64,000 bases of DNA from Gemmatales bacterium (lineage in GTDB: Bacteria > Planctomycetota > Planctomycetia > Gemmatales > HRBIN36). The DNA lies in the NCBI GenBank assembly GCA_046350055.1, contig JAXMBC010000001.1, positions 510,660 through 574,659 of the forward strand, in the 5' to 3' direction. The notes beneath the pieces were generated by a model that saw nothing but the letters and a program-made list of their open reading frames with translations, was not told the origin of the DNA and ran no database searches. A program made the translations under genes and the position numbers. This document shows, in pieces, positions 53,901-62,924 of the stretch (position 1 is the first letter of the stretch; every line of letters starts with the position of its first letter).

Positions 53901-54803
53901 TCAGCCAAGCGACGGCACCGGCACAGAGTGCCACACTCCGCCCAGCCACTTGCCTACACTCGACTTACCCAGCGCGATGGAACCAGCAGTGGTCAGATGA
54001 TTGACCTGAGAACGGTGCCACTGCTGGGCGTGATTCGTGGATTCAGTGTTGTGACGTACTCCCGAATATGTCAATTGGGGATTTCGAAAGAGGGCGTGCT
54101 CACGCGCCATTGAAATTGGTGGCTGGATTACTTGATCATTCAACTCCATGAGGATCATGTCGTTGACCTTCCATCCTGAATGGCTGACGACATGAAGCAC
54201 TCCATTCATGATGGTTAGCCCCATTGCATCCCGGGCTCGGGCTCGAAAGGCCACGTAGTATCCACCTCCGAGGTTAGCGGGAACAGCCTGCTCGGTCGAA
54301 AGTTCAATACCCTCATCCTCCATGGCCTCTTGCTGCGAATACAACACTTCCAATGCAGGATGCATGGCAGGGGTGACATGTTTCCTTGCTTCTTGAATCG
54401 AAGTCGATTTAGCGAAAGCATGACACACTTGAAGGGGTGTGGGAGAAGTCGCGAAGAAACTGGAGTAGAGCCAGAAGCCCACTAGACCCACGACGATTGC
54501 AATCACAACCAGACGATAGTGGTACGCTGGAGTGTTTGCCGACGCAGATGCTTTAATCGGCGCTGGTGTTGTGATCGAAGATATTGTCTGCTCAGGAGCG
54601 GCATCCTCGATTCGCTGGGCGATGGGAGCCAACTGAAGCAGTTGATTCAACGGCAACCAAGTTGAACCACCCACGGGGCAAGCCCGTGTTGTCCAGGTGC
54701 AGCTTCCCTGTTGAATCTGAGCGAGGATGTCATTCGCAGGAAAGGGACCAGTCGGTGTTTCACCCGAGAGGAGCCAATAACTCAGTGGAGGAGAGGGGTT
54801 CAT
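53901..54803 (-). CDS. GYF_2-like domain membrane protein
   Basis: The likely start ATG 54803 overlaps the upstream stop (ATGA). 'YWLLSGETPTGPFPANDILAQIQQGSCTWTTRACPVGGSTWLPLNQL' fits the bacterial GYF-type pattern and is followed by a TM helix. Confidence 0.55.
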   Translation of the reverse strand: MNPSPPLSYWLLSGETPTGPFPANDILAQIQQGSCTWTTRACPVGGSTWLPLNQLLQLAPIAQRIEDAAPEQTISSITTPAPIKASASANTPAYHYRLVVIAIVVGLVGFWLYSSFFATSPTPLQVCHAFAKSTSIQEARKHVTPAMHPALEVLYSQQEAMEDEGIELSTEQAVPANLGGGYYVAFRARARDAMGLTIMNGVLHVVSHSGWKVNDMILMELNDQVIQPPISMAREHALFRNPQLTYSGVRHNTESTNHAQQWHRSQVNHLTTAGSIALGKSSVGKWLGGVWHSVPVPSLG

Positions 54804-55282
54804 TGCTTCTCCAAAGAAGGTCGTGGAGGAGTTTGGCGGAAAGGGCGTTTCTTGATGTAGGACCAGACCAAACGCAAGAGGTTGGCGACTACGAACACCA
54901 CACTGGCAACAACCAAGGTATCCAATAGTGCAAACAGATCGAACGGACGCACCGTCGTTACCTTGTGGATGCACACCACCATGGGGAGGATGGTCAAAAT
55001 CCACAGCTCAACACCATGGGCGTTGCCTCCACCCAATTGATGCAGCCAGCTTCGATCAATTGATCGCTGTAACGCCTCTTGCTTGTATTCAGACCATAGC
55101 AAGATGAAGAGACGCTGGAGCACGAGATACCCCAGAACGGCAAGGAGTACCACCACGCCAGTGATGGAAACAGGGTGATGCCAGAGTAGAAACGCCAATT
55201 GCTGGAGAGCGATGGCTACGATCGCCAGAACAACAACGATCTTGGCAACGAGTGCCCAGTTCCGTTTAGCATCGTGACACAT
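54800..55282 (-). CDS. Four-TM membrane protein
   Basis: 160-aa ORF with four hydrophobic segments, translationally coupled to the downstream GYF gene. Confidence 0.55.
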   Translation of the reverse strand: MCHDAKRNWALVAKIVVVLAIVAIALQQLAFLLWHHPVSITGVVVLLAVLGYLVLQRLFILLWSEYKQEALQRSIDRSWLHQLGGGNAHGVELWILTILPMVVCIHKVTTVRPFDLFALLDTLVVASVVFVVANLLRLVWSYIKKRPFRQTPPRPSLEKQ

Positions 55283-55354
55283 GACACATCACCCGACAAT
55301 AATGTCACTTATAGTCGATACACCTATAGTCTACATCATTGTAACGTCGATGCA

Positions 55355-55594
55355 ATGGCTCGACGTCCTTCTGCCACTGATATTCGGGTACGCTTCGGCT
55401 TCGTGATCCGGACGCTGCGTGAAGCCAGAGAACTGACACAAGAAGAACTGGCGGAACGCTCAAGAATCCATCGGACTTACCTGAGCGATATCGAACGTGG
55501 GTCGCGCAACGTGGCCCTGATCAACATCGAACGCTTGGCACAAAGCTTGTCGGTCAGCCTGGGTGACCTGTTTCGCCGAGTGGATCGCGCCTAG
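55355..55594 (+). CDS. XRE-family helix-turn-helix regulator
   Basis: 'IRTLREARELTQEELAERSRIHRTYLSDIERGSRNVALINIERLAQSL'. Confidence 0.8.
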   Translation: MARRPSATDIRVRFGFVIRTLREARELTQEELAERSRIHRTYLSDIERGSRNVALINIERLAQSLSVSLGDLFRRVDRA

Positions 55595-55600
55595 TTCCTA

Positions 55601-55637
55601 GCTAAAGAAAAGCCGATCCTCGCGAAGAGAATCGGCT
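55601..55637 (-). terminator. Terminator hairpin after E1 of cassette 2 (between convergent genes)
   Basis: On the minus strand, AGCCGATTCTC-ttcgc-GAGGATCGGCT (one mismatch) is followed by TTTCTTT. Confidence 0.55.
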
Positions 55638-55642
55638 GGGGT

Positions 55643-56308
55643 TCATTGGGTTACCCCTGGCAACGTCATCTCACTAGCAAGCAGGTTGAGCAACGCATCA
55701 GGCTCCACTGGTATGCCACGCAACCAGCGGCTGAACTGATGCATCATCAGCCCCGCTGCGATGGATGCGGCGTAAAGGGTACTCCGTGCGGTGCATCTCC
55801 CCACCTCCGCTTCTTCCTGGGAGAAGAGCGTAGATGGATAATGTCTTCGTGAAGCTTCGTCACCCACCGCCAATACTCGAAGCGTTTCTCCGAGCATGCG
55901 ACCATCGGCCCAGAAACGCACCTTGGAAGCAAGGGACTTCCAAATCACGCTTCGCGCACTGATGGTATCGACAGCACAGAAGACTACTTCTCCGACCGAC
56001 AGATGCTTGCGGTACACATCCCTAACAATCTGAACTTCAATAGTCTTGTCCATTCTCCGAATCGGTGACAGCAAGGAAACCGGCTTGCTCTGGCCGACAT
56101 CACGTGCTTCATATCCTTGCGTGGTAACGTTATGCAATTCCACCGTATCAGGATCGATCAATTGCAGATGCCTGGCTCCTGCTGCAGCCAGCTTCAGAGT
56201 CAAAGGCCTGCCAATTGCTCCGAGTCCGATGACCGTGATCTGAAGGTGCTCCAAGCGAGCTTGAGGCATGAGGTCAGCCTGCCTCACAAAGCGATCAGGC
56301 GTACTCAT
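55643..56308 (-). CDS. Minimal ThiF/MoeB/E1-like adenylyltransferase, cassette 2
   Basis: '[21 protein letters not shown]', '[12 protein letters not shown]', '[19 protein letters not shown]'. The protein is 221 aa and roughly 45% identical by eye to cassette 1 E1. Confidence 0.85.
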   Translation of the reverse strand: MSTPDRFVRQADLMPQARLEHLQITVIGLGAIGRPLTLKLAAAGARHLQLIDPDTVELHNVTTQGYEARDVGQSKPVSLLSPIRRMDKTIEVQIVRDVYRKHLSVGEVVFCAVDTISARSVIWKSLASKVRFWADGRMLGETLRVLAVGDEASRRHYPSTLFSQEEAEVGRCTARSTLYAASIAAGLMMHQFSRWLRGIPVEPDALLNLLASEMTLPGVTQ

Positions 56309-56972
56309 AGATCAGCTCCTTTTCTTCTTGATACACTTCCTGGCCCATCCATTCTTCTTCCGTGAGTTGCAGCAGCTTGGGTAGCTCCTCATCACCTCCG
56401 ATGAATTTCTCAAAACGATGAAAGGATGGTAGTTCTTCGACGCAGCGCTGATACTCGTCATACCAGGCCGAGGGATCACTGCCGCGAAAGTTCTGCTGGT
56501 AGCTGATTTCGACAGGAAGCAGGATGTCACCTGCAGGACCAGCGTGGAAGCGTAGTCGGGCATATGTCTGCCCGCCTCGCGCCAGAATGAACATCACGGC
56601 CCAGTCACTGGTGCCGAAGCAACGGGTGAAAGTGTCTTCATCGGTGGAGCTCGGTTCCGGGCAGTGCCCTGGATGCGTATGCACCCAGATGCGTGCACTG
56701 GCTTCCGGCGTAACACCACGGTCCACCATAGCATCGAAGTAGTCCGCCACGGACGCATCCTCAAAGCTCACGGTGCCGACGGTGGTTTGTTGCTTGACCA
56801 GATGAATATCCTGGATGAGCAGCAGATCACTGGGATCGGTTTCGGCAAAGCCACCGACTTCGGTGGTGCCGATATCACGCAAGAACAGCAACTTCGCCCA
56901 AGCATAGGGCGTGAGCCTCAGGGCCGGCTTGGTCGTCTTCCTCGTCATCTGGCGATTCAGTCGACTCGTCAT
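56295..56972 (-). CDS. JAB/JAMM (MPN+) metallopeptidase, cassette 2
   Basis: 'GTTEVGGF' and '[18 protein letters not shown]' (HxHx7Sx2D). The start is taken as 'MTSRLNRQ' (56972). Confidence 0.85.
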   Translation of the reverse strand: MTSRLNRQMTRKTTKPALRLTPYAWAKLLFLRDIGTTEVGGFAETDPSDLLLIQDIHLVKQQTTVGTVSFEDASVADYFDAMVDRGVTPEASARIWVHTHPGHCPEPSSTDEDTFTRCFGTSDWAVMFILARGGQTYARLRFHAGPAGDILLPVEISYQQNFRGSDPSAWYDEYQRCVEELPSFHRFEKFIGGDEELPKLLQLTEEEWMGQEVYQEEKELIYEYA

Positions 56973-57924
56973 ATTCAGTCTCCTCGTTGGGTTGGCAGTT
57001 AGGACATAGACCATCGAACAGGCATGCATCGCAGCCATCCGCCATACAGGCGGAACAGTGGATCATGCAGTGGGCACAGAAGTTGTCTCCACAGATCGAG
57101 CATGGCTTGATGCAGCCCTGACATCTGGGATCGGTACAGTTGGAGCAGTACCCGGTGCAGTCGAGACAAACCAGATCGTCACAGCAAGGACATGTGATAC
57201 CTTCACTGGTCTCCACCATGGCTGAGCAACTTTGGCAGGGTGTACCGAACCACTTGTCCATCGCGTGGTATGCGCTGTCTGGGTTGTAAGTAGTCAGGAT
57301 CTGCTGCACGATAAGGAAGAAATCAAACAAGCGTCCTTGCTGAAGCGATTGCTTGATGGATAAGGCTCCATCTCCTTCACACAGATACTCGTGACTGACA
57401 TGAGGATGCACCATCTCCTCGTTGACTTCGGCGGGATTGGGATCGAGTGCCTTGATGCGATAACAGTGGCGTTGACCCAACTTTCTCCATTCCAGGATGA
57501 CCTGAAACCGTCCAAGCTCGATTCCCTCGAACACCATGCTTGGGATGGTGACACGAAGTTCGGACTTCTCCAGGTCACACTCGACCTCCTCGAATTCTTC
57601 TTCGAGGTACTCCAGCTCACGCCAGAGTTCAGGAAGCGTTATAAGCCCAACTTGCTCTCGTTGTTGCTTGAGAGCACTTTGCAAGCTCTGAGCGTAACCA
57701 GCTAAGTCTGTTAGCAATCGCTCAAGATCGTCAGCCAACTCAGCCTGAGCATGGAGCCACTGGGCATCAAGAGTCGTTTGATGGAGTAGCATTCTGGTGA
57801 GCAGCCTACTCCAGATCATGTGCGGCAATTCCAAAGTGTCCCGTGAGAGACGGGCCTGGACCAGTTGCCGATGAATCCGGAGAGCTGCTCGCCAGCGCTG
57901 ACGTTGGTCATTTGACCATGACAT
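56875..57924 (-). CDS. E2 (UBC)-like protein with a C-terminal poly-CxxC domain, cassette 2
   Basis: It contains 'EEMVHPHVSHEYLCEGD'. aa 230-310 carry ten CxxC motifs with the same 7/8-residue spacing as cassette 1, followed by an acidic tail. Confidence 0.65.
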   Translation of the reverse strand: MSWSNDQRQRWRAALRIHRQLVQARLSRDTLELPHMIWSRLLTRMLLHQTTLDAQWLHAQAELADDLERLLTDLAGYAQSLQSALKQQREQVGLITLPELWRELEYLEEEFEEVECDLEKSELRVTIPSMVFEGIELGRFQVILEWRKLGQRHCYRIKALDPNPAEVNEEMVHPHVSHEYLCEGDGALSIKQSLQQGRLFDFFLIVQQILTTYNPDSAYHAMDKWFGTPCQSCSAMVETSEGITCPCCDDLVCLDCTGYCSNCTDPRCQGCIKPCSICGDNFCAHCMIHCSACMADGCDACLFDGLCPNCQPNEETEYDESTESPDDEEDDQAGPEAHALCLGEVAVLA

Positions 57925-57939
57925 GTTGGCCCTTTCGTA

Positions 57940-57976
57940 ATGTTGAAACGAAACGAGCGGCCACCTTGAGCCGCTC
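57940..57976 (-). terminator. Terminator/attenuator-like hairpin between Ubl and E2, cassette 2
   Basis: On the minus strand, GAGCGGC-tcaaggtg-GCCGCTC is followed by GTTTCGTTTC, 21 nt after the Ubl stop. Confidence 0.5.
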
Positions 57977-57996
57977 GATCTGATCGCTTGACGGGG

Positions 57997-58215
57997 TTAC
58001 TGAGCCCCTTCAATCTTGACAGCGGTGATCGACACACGGTCACCTTCCTGCAAAACCTGATCCGCTGAAGCCGGCTGTCGATTGACTCGGATCAGATATG
58101 ACGACGGGTCGCCCTTGATCTTGGCGTCGAAGAGTTGCCGGACCGTGGTACCTACTTCGATGGCTAGGTAATCCGCGAAGCCGGCACCCTGGTTGTTGAT
58201 GAACAAAATCCTCAT
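57997..58215 (-). CDS. ThiS/MoaD-like ubiquitin-like protein, cassette 2
   Basis: 72 aa. '[31 protein letters not shown]|AQ'. It is roughly 55% identical by eye to the cassette 1 Ubl. Confidence 0.7.
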   Translation of the reverse strand: MRILFINNQGAGFADYLAIEVGTTVRQLFDAKIKGDPSSYLIRVNRQPASADQVLQEGDRVSITAVKIEGAQ

Positions 58216-58285
58216 GTGTCTCTCCTTGGGTAAACGAAAGCAGCCACCCCACCTTGGGATGGCTTGATGCGGCAGAACGTGAAAC

Positions 58286-58483
58286 TCAAAACAAACGCCG
58301 ATAGCGCACCCGGCGTTGATGACGGTTGCGTAGTCGCTTGCGTCGACGCAAGCGATAGGGACGAAACGTCAGATGGTTGGGCAGCAGTAATCGCTGATGA
58401 AACTGGAACCCGCTGTGTTCCAGAAAGCTCATACTCTCTCCCGTGACGCGCGCGAGCGCACGCATCAGGGCATGCCTGTTCAT
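58286..58483 (-). CDS. Arg-rich 65-aa ORF upstream of Ubl 2 (doubtful)
   Basis: ORF on the same strand between the recombinase terminator and the Ubl gene. Its tail is '[25 protein letters not shown]'. It has no homologue in cassette 1. Confidence 0.25.
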   Translation of the reverse strand: MNRHALMRALARVTGESMSFLEHSGFQFHQRLLLPNHLTFRPYRLRRRKRLRNRHQRRVRYRRLF

Positions 58484-58500
58484 GGTTTCTCCTTGTTGTT

Positions 58501-58540
58501 ATCGAAAAGGAAAACCGGCAAGGACTGTGCTTGCCGGTTT
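58501..58540 (-). terminator. Rho-independent terminator after the serine recombinase gene
   Basis: On the minus strand, AAACCGGCAAG-cacagtc-CTTGCCGGTTT is followed by TCCTTTTCGAT. Confidence 0.6.
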
Positions 58541-58565
58541 GGTTGAGAATTGAACGAATCAGGTG

Positions 58566-60785
58566 CTAGGCGGCATCTTGATCTGCTTGCTTTTCACGTT
58601 CAAGACGAAGCTGCTTTTGTCGTGTTTTCCCGTGCAGCCACGGTAATCCGTGCTCCTGGTGCCATTTCTTGATCATGACTGTCACCGAATTGCGTGAACA
58701 ACCGACCATCTCGGCGATGGTTTGAATGGGTTTCCCTTCATTCCACAACTGAATCACTTGGCTTATCACAGCATCCTGAATGGGAGTCGGTCTGATGATC
58801 CTGGATCGTTTCTCTGATCCCGTTGGCACGGGAAGCCCACGCTGCACGTACCACCACATCAGGCCTTTCGCAATTGCTGCGAACTTCAGACCAAGCTTTT
58901 CAGCAATCGCGAGTGCACTTAGATTCTGATCGTACAAAGCCTTCACTTCGTCCGCACGCTGTGCCCAGATTGGTAACGGTGCAAAACAGAGTGTTACTGA
59001 TTCTGATGCGATTGGTGGCAAGTCTTTCAGCCCCAACACAGAACGAGCCAGCCGAACTGGATCTAAAGTGAACGTCCCGACAAGCTTCTTCCGTTTGAGC
59101 CCCGGAAAATCCACCTCTCTAACCGTGATACATCCAATGAGTTGACGTATCGCGACTCCTGCTCGTGCGGGATCTCCTTCGAGCAAATGATGCATCTTCA
59201 GCAGTCGCTCGATGACCCATTCACGAGTCGGAGCCTGCTTGATGTTCTGGTCATTCCCCAGAGCATCGAGTTGACGCTGAATCTCATTCAGCTCGCGTCG
59301 ACGTGCACTCAGGCGTCCAGAAACCTCAGGGCCAGCCTCACCCTGCTCGATACATTCCAGAATGGCATTGATGCGCCGGACAATATCACTGCGACGACGT
59401 TCCAGCCCTTCCCGTTCCTGTGGGTGCAATTGCTGCTGTGTGTTCCAGGCGTTTGTAACTGCCTGAAATAGCCATTCGCGTAGCTTAACGTGTTTCAGAA
59501 GAATACCGTGAAGGTATCCGACGATCTGTTCCTCCGCATACTTGCGAAGCAACGAAGTCTTCACATCGCACTGTCGACTGGGATAGCCGCTGCACTGTAA
59601 ATACAAGCCACGTAGGCCATTCATGTACAGTGGTCGGCCACATTTCTCACACTTGAACAGACCCTGCAGCATGTGACGAGGGTTTTGGAGATCGCGGACA
59701 GAACCACGCAACCTACCATTCTTTTCACGCACTATGGCGAACTTCTGTCGATCCTGCTCTCGCAGTTGCTGAGCCCGGTAAAAGAGTTCAACCTCTACGA
59801 TACGCAGGTTTGGACGTTCAGTGACCGAATAACCTTCATCACCTTCTGAGCGCAGTTCAATGGTGACATCACCCGTCAGAGGGTTGCACTTGTTCTTCCT
59901 CTTTCCGTAGGGCCATAAACCGACGTACTTCACATTCTCGAGAATGTGGATTACGACAATCGTTGTCCAGCCGTTGGAACCAGATGCACGATGGCCGCGA
60001 GGTGCGTTCAGTCGATTGAGTTGCGTGGTGATCCAATAGACGGATCGTCCCTCATCGCAGTACCAGCGAAAGATGCGCACCACCCATTCTGCTTGAGCTG
60101 GGTCAATGTCGATGACTTTCTTAGGCCGCATCTTGCGTGCACGGCTCTGGTTGACCGATCCAGGGGCAACTACCGAGGCATAGCCATAACAATGGTCTCC
60201 GTTGGAGTTCCCGGATTTGACATTGTTTTGGTGTCCGCGCTTTACGTCTTCTGTCAGTTGCTTTATCTTGGCCTCCGCAAGGATGCAATCAAGATAAATG
60301 ATGGATTCCCAGCCCGCATTGTTCGTGTCAAAACCGTTGGCCGTGCAGATGATGCGGATCCCAAGGTTATAGACGAGGTCTTTGATCATCGGGATGCTGA
60401 TCGCGGATTCTCTCGCTAATCGCGAGATGTTCCAGATGTACATCACCTTGAACAAGCCTTTCCGGGCTGCCTCCAGGATGGCGTTTAACCCAATTCGTCT
60501 CAGCTTGCGACCGGATACTGCTTCATCCATGAACCGTAGTTCCACTGGAATGAAGTGATGATTTCGAGCAGCTGCTTGTTCGATAGAATCAAACTGCTGC
60601 TCGATGCTGCTCTCATCTTGAGACTCGCTGCTGTAGCGTGCGTAAGCCGCCGCGATCTCTTTGATGGAATCAGTCTCATTGCCTCCATCATCTGGCCGAG
60701 TAATACCGGATGAATTCTGTGCTGAAACTGTGCTGAGATTCAACCGAAACAGAGTCAGGTAGGCATATAGCACGGCAAACAACAA
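58566..60785 (-). CDS. Large serine recombinase (start codon uncertain)
   Basis: The resolvase catalytic region is 'AAYARYSSESQDESSIEQQ...ISRLARE'. A recombinase domain and a zinc ribbon ('CEKCGRPLY...LQCSGY...C') follow. The C-terminal HTH reads 'IQTIAEMVGCSRNSVTVMIKKW'. The ORF track begins at a TTG. Confidence 0.85.
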   Translation of the reverse strand: MLFAVLYAYLTLFRLNLSTVSAQNSSGITRPDDGGNETDSIKEIAAAYARYSSESQDESSIEQQFDSIEQAAARNHHFIPVELRFMDEAVSGRKLRRIGLNAILEAARKGLFKVMYIWNISRLARESAISIPMIKDLVYNLGIRIICTANGFDTNNAGWESIIYLDCILAEAKIKQLTEDVKRGHQNNVKSGNSNGDHCYGYASVVAPGSVNQSRARKMRPKKVIDIDPAQAEWVVRIFRWYCDEGRSVYWITTQLNRLNAPRGHRASGSNGWTTIVVIHILENVKYVGLWPYGKRKNKCNPLTGDVTIELRSEGDEGYSVTERPNLRIVEVELFYRAQQLREQDRQKFAIVREKNGRLRGSVRDLQNPRHMLQGLFKCEKCGRPLYMNGLRGLYLQCSGYPSRQCDVKTSLLRKYAEEQIVGYLHGILLKHVKLREWLFQAVTNAWNTQQQLHPQEREGLERRRSDIVRRINAILECIEQGEAGPEVSGRLSARRRELNEIQRQLDALGNDQNIKQAPTREWVIERLLKMHHLLEGDPARAGVAIRQLIGCITVREVDFPGLKRKKLVGTFTLDPVRLARSVLGLKDLPPIASESVTLCFAPLPIWAQRADEVKALYDQNLSALAIAEKLGLKFAAIAKGLMWWYVQRGLPVPTGSEKRSRIIRPTPIQDAVISQVIQLWNEGKPIQTIAEMVGCSRNSVTVMIKKWHQEHGLPWLHGKTRQKQLRLEREKQADQDAA

Positions 60786-60868
60786 GAAGTGTCGAACTTG
60801 TTGAACCTTATGGACTTGCGTCAGAAGTCTCGAACTAATAGGGTGTTGCGGAAGGTGGGGGGCGATAT

Positions 60869-60884
60869 TCCCCCCCTCTCCGCT
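60869..60884. repeat. 16-mer TCCCCCCCTCTCCGCT, second copy (within an imperfect hairpin at 60848-60884)
   Basis: It matches 39319-39334 exactly and lies between the serine recombinase start and the divergent efflux gene. Confidence 0.45.
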
Positions 60885-61110
60885 TGCAAGTCTTGTCGAT
60901 TGGCGTAACTGACTGAGCTACTAAGGGTTACGTCACCCATTTCATATGCAGAAACACTCGCAGGTGCACCTTGGGGGCATACGGGTGGTCTACCATTATG
61001 TCATCATGTCATCAAGGATGAGGAACTGTCTCCAGTTCTGTTAACTTAGGCAAAATCAAGGGGTTTTATGTTTTGTTTGTCGAGAAAGCCTCAACAAAGA
61101 CCCGATACCA

Positions 61111-62820
61111 TTGAAGGATGACGTGTCGATACGTTGGAGCCTGTTCGTGCCATTCAGCGTCCGAGCATGTTTACACTTGTGCGCGTTGATGACCGCTTGT
61201 GCGCTGTGCATGGCAGGTTGTACTTCCCTGGATGATTCAAGCCCACTCTTCCAGCCGACAGCAGCGATATTGCTTCCTGAAATGCCCCAGAGTGCTGGTG
61301 CTCCTGAAGCGAAGTCCGAGTCGCAGGGTAGCCCGAGCGCTGCTTCAGCCAGTTCCACTCGATCGCTGAATCTCCCCGCTGTGCCTGCGGCTACAACTGT
61401 CGGCAAGGCCCTGCCCATAACCCTGCCTACTGCTTTGCAACTGACGCATTCGAGCCCGCTCGACATTCAGATTGCGGAAGAACGTATTCGTGCGTCTGCT
61501 GCACAATATGATCGAGCCAAGGTCATGTGGCTACCCAATCTCAATTCAGGAGTAGATTACTTTCGCCACGATGGCCAGATACAGGATATTGTGGGCAAGG
61601 TCTTCCAAACCAGCAGGTCATCCCTGCTGTTAGGCGCTGGCCCGCAAGCTGTAGTTTCGCTGTCTGAGGCCATCTACGCTCCGCTTGCTGCACGTCAACT
61701 GGTCAACAATGCGGATGCCAGCGCTCAAACTGTCCGGAATGATACAACGCTAGCAGTGGCAATTGCCTACTTCAATGTGCAGCAGGCTCGCGGCGAGGTA
61801 GCGGGGACAGTGGAATCGTTACGCCGCGCGGAAGATCTTGTTGCCCGGGCGACGAAACTGGCGCCTGACCTGACACCCGATGTAGAAATCCATCGTGCGA
61901 AGACAGAAGCAGCCAGACGCCGACTGGCAGTGGAAACTGCCTATGAAAAATGGCAGGTTGCCAGTGCTGACCTTTCCCGTCTGCTCCGACTCGAAGCAGG
62001 CACGGTAGTGGAGCCTGCTGAAGAGCCTTCGCTGACGGTAAACCTGATTGACATGCATGTCCCGATGGAGGAGATGATTTCCCTGGCCCTGACGTATCGT
62101 CCGGAGTTGGCGTCGCATCAGGCACTCGTGCAGGCTGCCCTGGTGCGAACCAGGCAGGAGAAAGCGCGGCCGTTTCTGCCCGTGCTGGGTGTACGTGGCG
62201 TGGGATCAAACACGCCGGGACTGGCTGGTGGCTACTTTGGAGGCGGAGTCAATGACGATATGCAGAACTTCAGTGCACGCTTCAGCGTAGACATCCAGGC
62301 GGTCTGGGAACTGCAGAACCTGGGCTTTGGCAACAAAGCTCTGGTACGTGAGCGGGAAGCTGACCAACGCCGTGCACTGTTAGAACTGCAGCGAACACAG
62401 GAATTGATCATGGCGGAAGTGACGCAAGCACACGCTCAACTCAGTCGTGCAGCGAAGCGTCTCCAGTATGCTGAAGAAGGTGTGGAAAATGCAATTGCTA
62501 CTGCCGAGAAGAATCTTCAGGGACTCGGGCAAACCAAACGGTTAGGTGAGCAACTGGTGCTGGTCTTCCGTCCGCAGGAAGCAGTTGCATCAGTCACCGC
62601 ACTCGATCAATCGTACAGAGATTATTATCAGGCTGTGGCCGATCATAATCGTGCTCAATTTCGTCTCTATCGTGCACTGGGACATCCAGGACAAGCGATC
62701 TGCCAGCATGATCAGCCTGGCTTAACCATGCCCGTGACACCCACGCCTTTGAGCAACCTCAACGAGTCAGAAACTCTCAAGCCCGAATTGCCGGCATCTG
62801 TTGAACCAATCCGGCCGTAG
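61111..62820 (+). CDS. Outer membrane efflux protein (TolC/NodT-family lipoprotein)
   Basis: It has a lipobox-like 'LCMAGC' and two repeated halves with typical OEP features ('ALQLTHSSPLDIQIAEERIRASAAQYDRAK', 'LELQRTQELIMAEVTQAHAQL'). Confidence 0.85.
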   Translation: MKDDVSIRWSLFVPFSVRACLHLCALMTACALCMAGCTSLDDSSPLFQPTAAILLPEMPQSAGAPEAKSESQGSPSAASASSTRSLNLPAVPAATTVGKALPITLPTALQLTHSSPLDIQIAEERIRASAAQYDRAKVMWLPNLNSGVDYFRHDGQIQDIVGKVFQTSRSSLLLGAGPQAVVSLSEAIYAPLAARQLVNNADASAQTVRNDTTLAVAIAYFNVQQARGEVAGTVESLRRAEDLVARATKLAPDLTPDVEIHRAKTEAARRRLAVETAYEKWQVASADLSRLLRLEAGTVVEPAEEPSLTVNLIDMHVPMEEMISLALTYRPELASHQALVQAALVRTRQEKARPFLPVLGVRGVGSNTPGLAGGYFGGGVNDDMQNFSARFSVDIQAVWELQNLGFGNKALVREREADQRRALLELQRTQELIMAEVTQAHAQLSRAAKRLQYAEEGVENAIATAEKNLQGLGQTKRLGEQLVLVFRPQEAVASVTALDQSYRDYYQAVADHNRAQFRLYRALGHPGQAICQHDQPGLTMPVTPTPLSNLNESETLKPELPASVEPIRP

Positions 62821-62924
62821 ATGCAGGACATCCATTCTAAAGAGAAATTCATCAATTTGAGCTATGACTCTCAGAGGCAGCGCGGTTTAATGATCTTGAC
62901 CTTGTCCGTTTGTAAGGATCGGTT

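Noticed and set aside
60848-60884. Possible tRNA 3' fragment (an acceptor/T-arm-like hairpin), also at 39310-39334
   Set aside because: There is no matching 5' acceptor strand ~70 nt upstream, and the loop 'cgatatt' / 'tcccccc' does not fit the T-loop consensus. No complete tRNA could be drawn.
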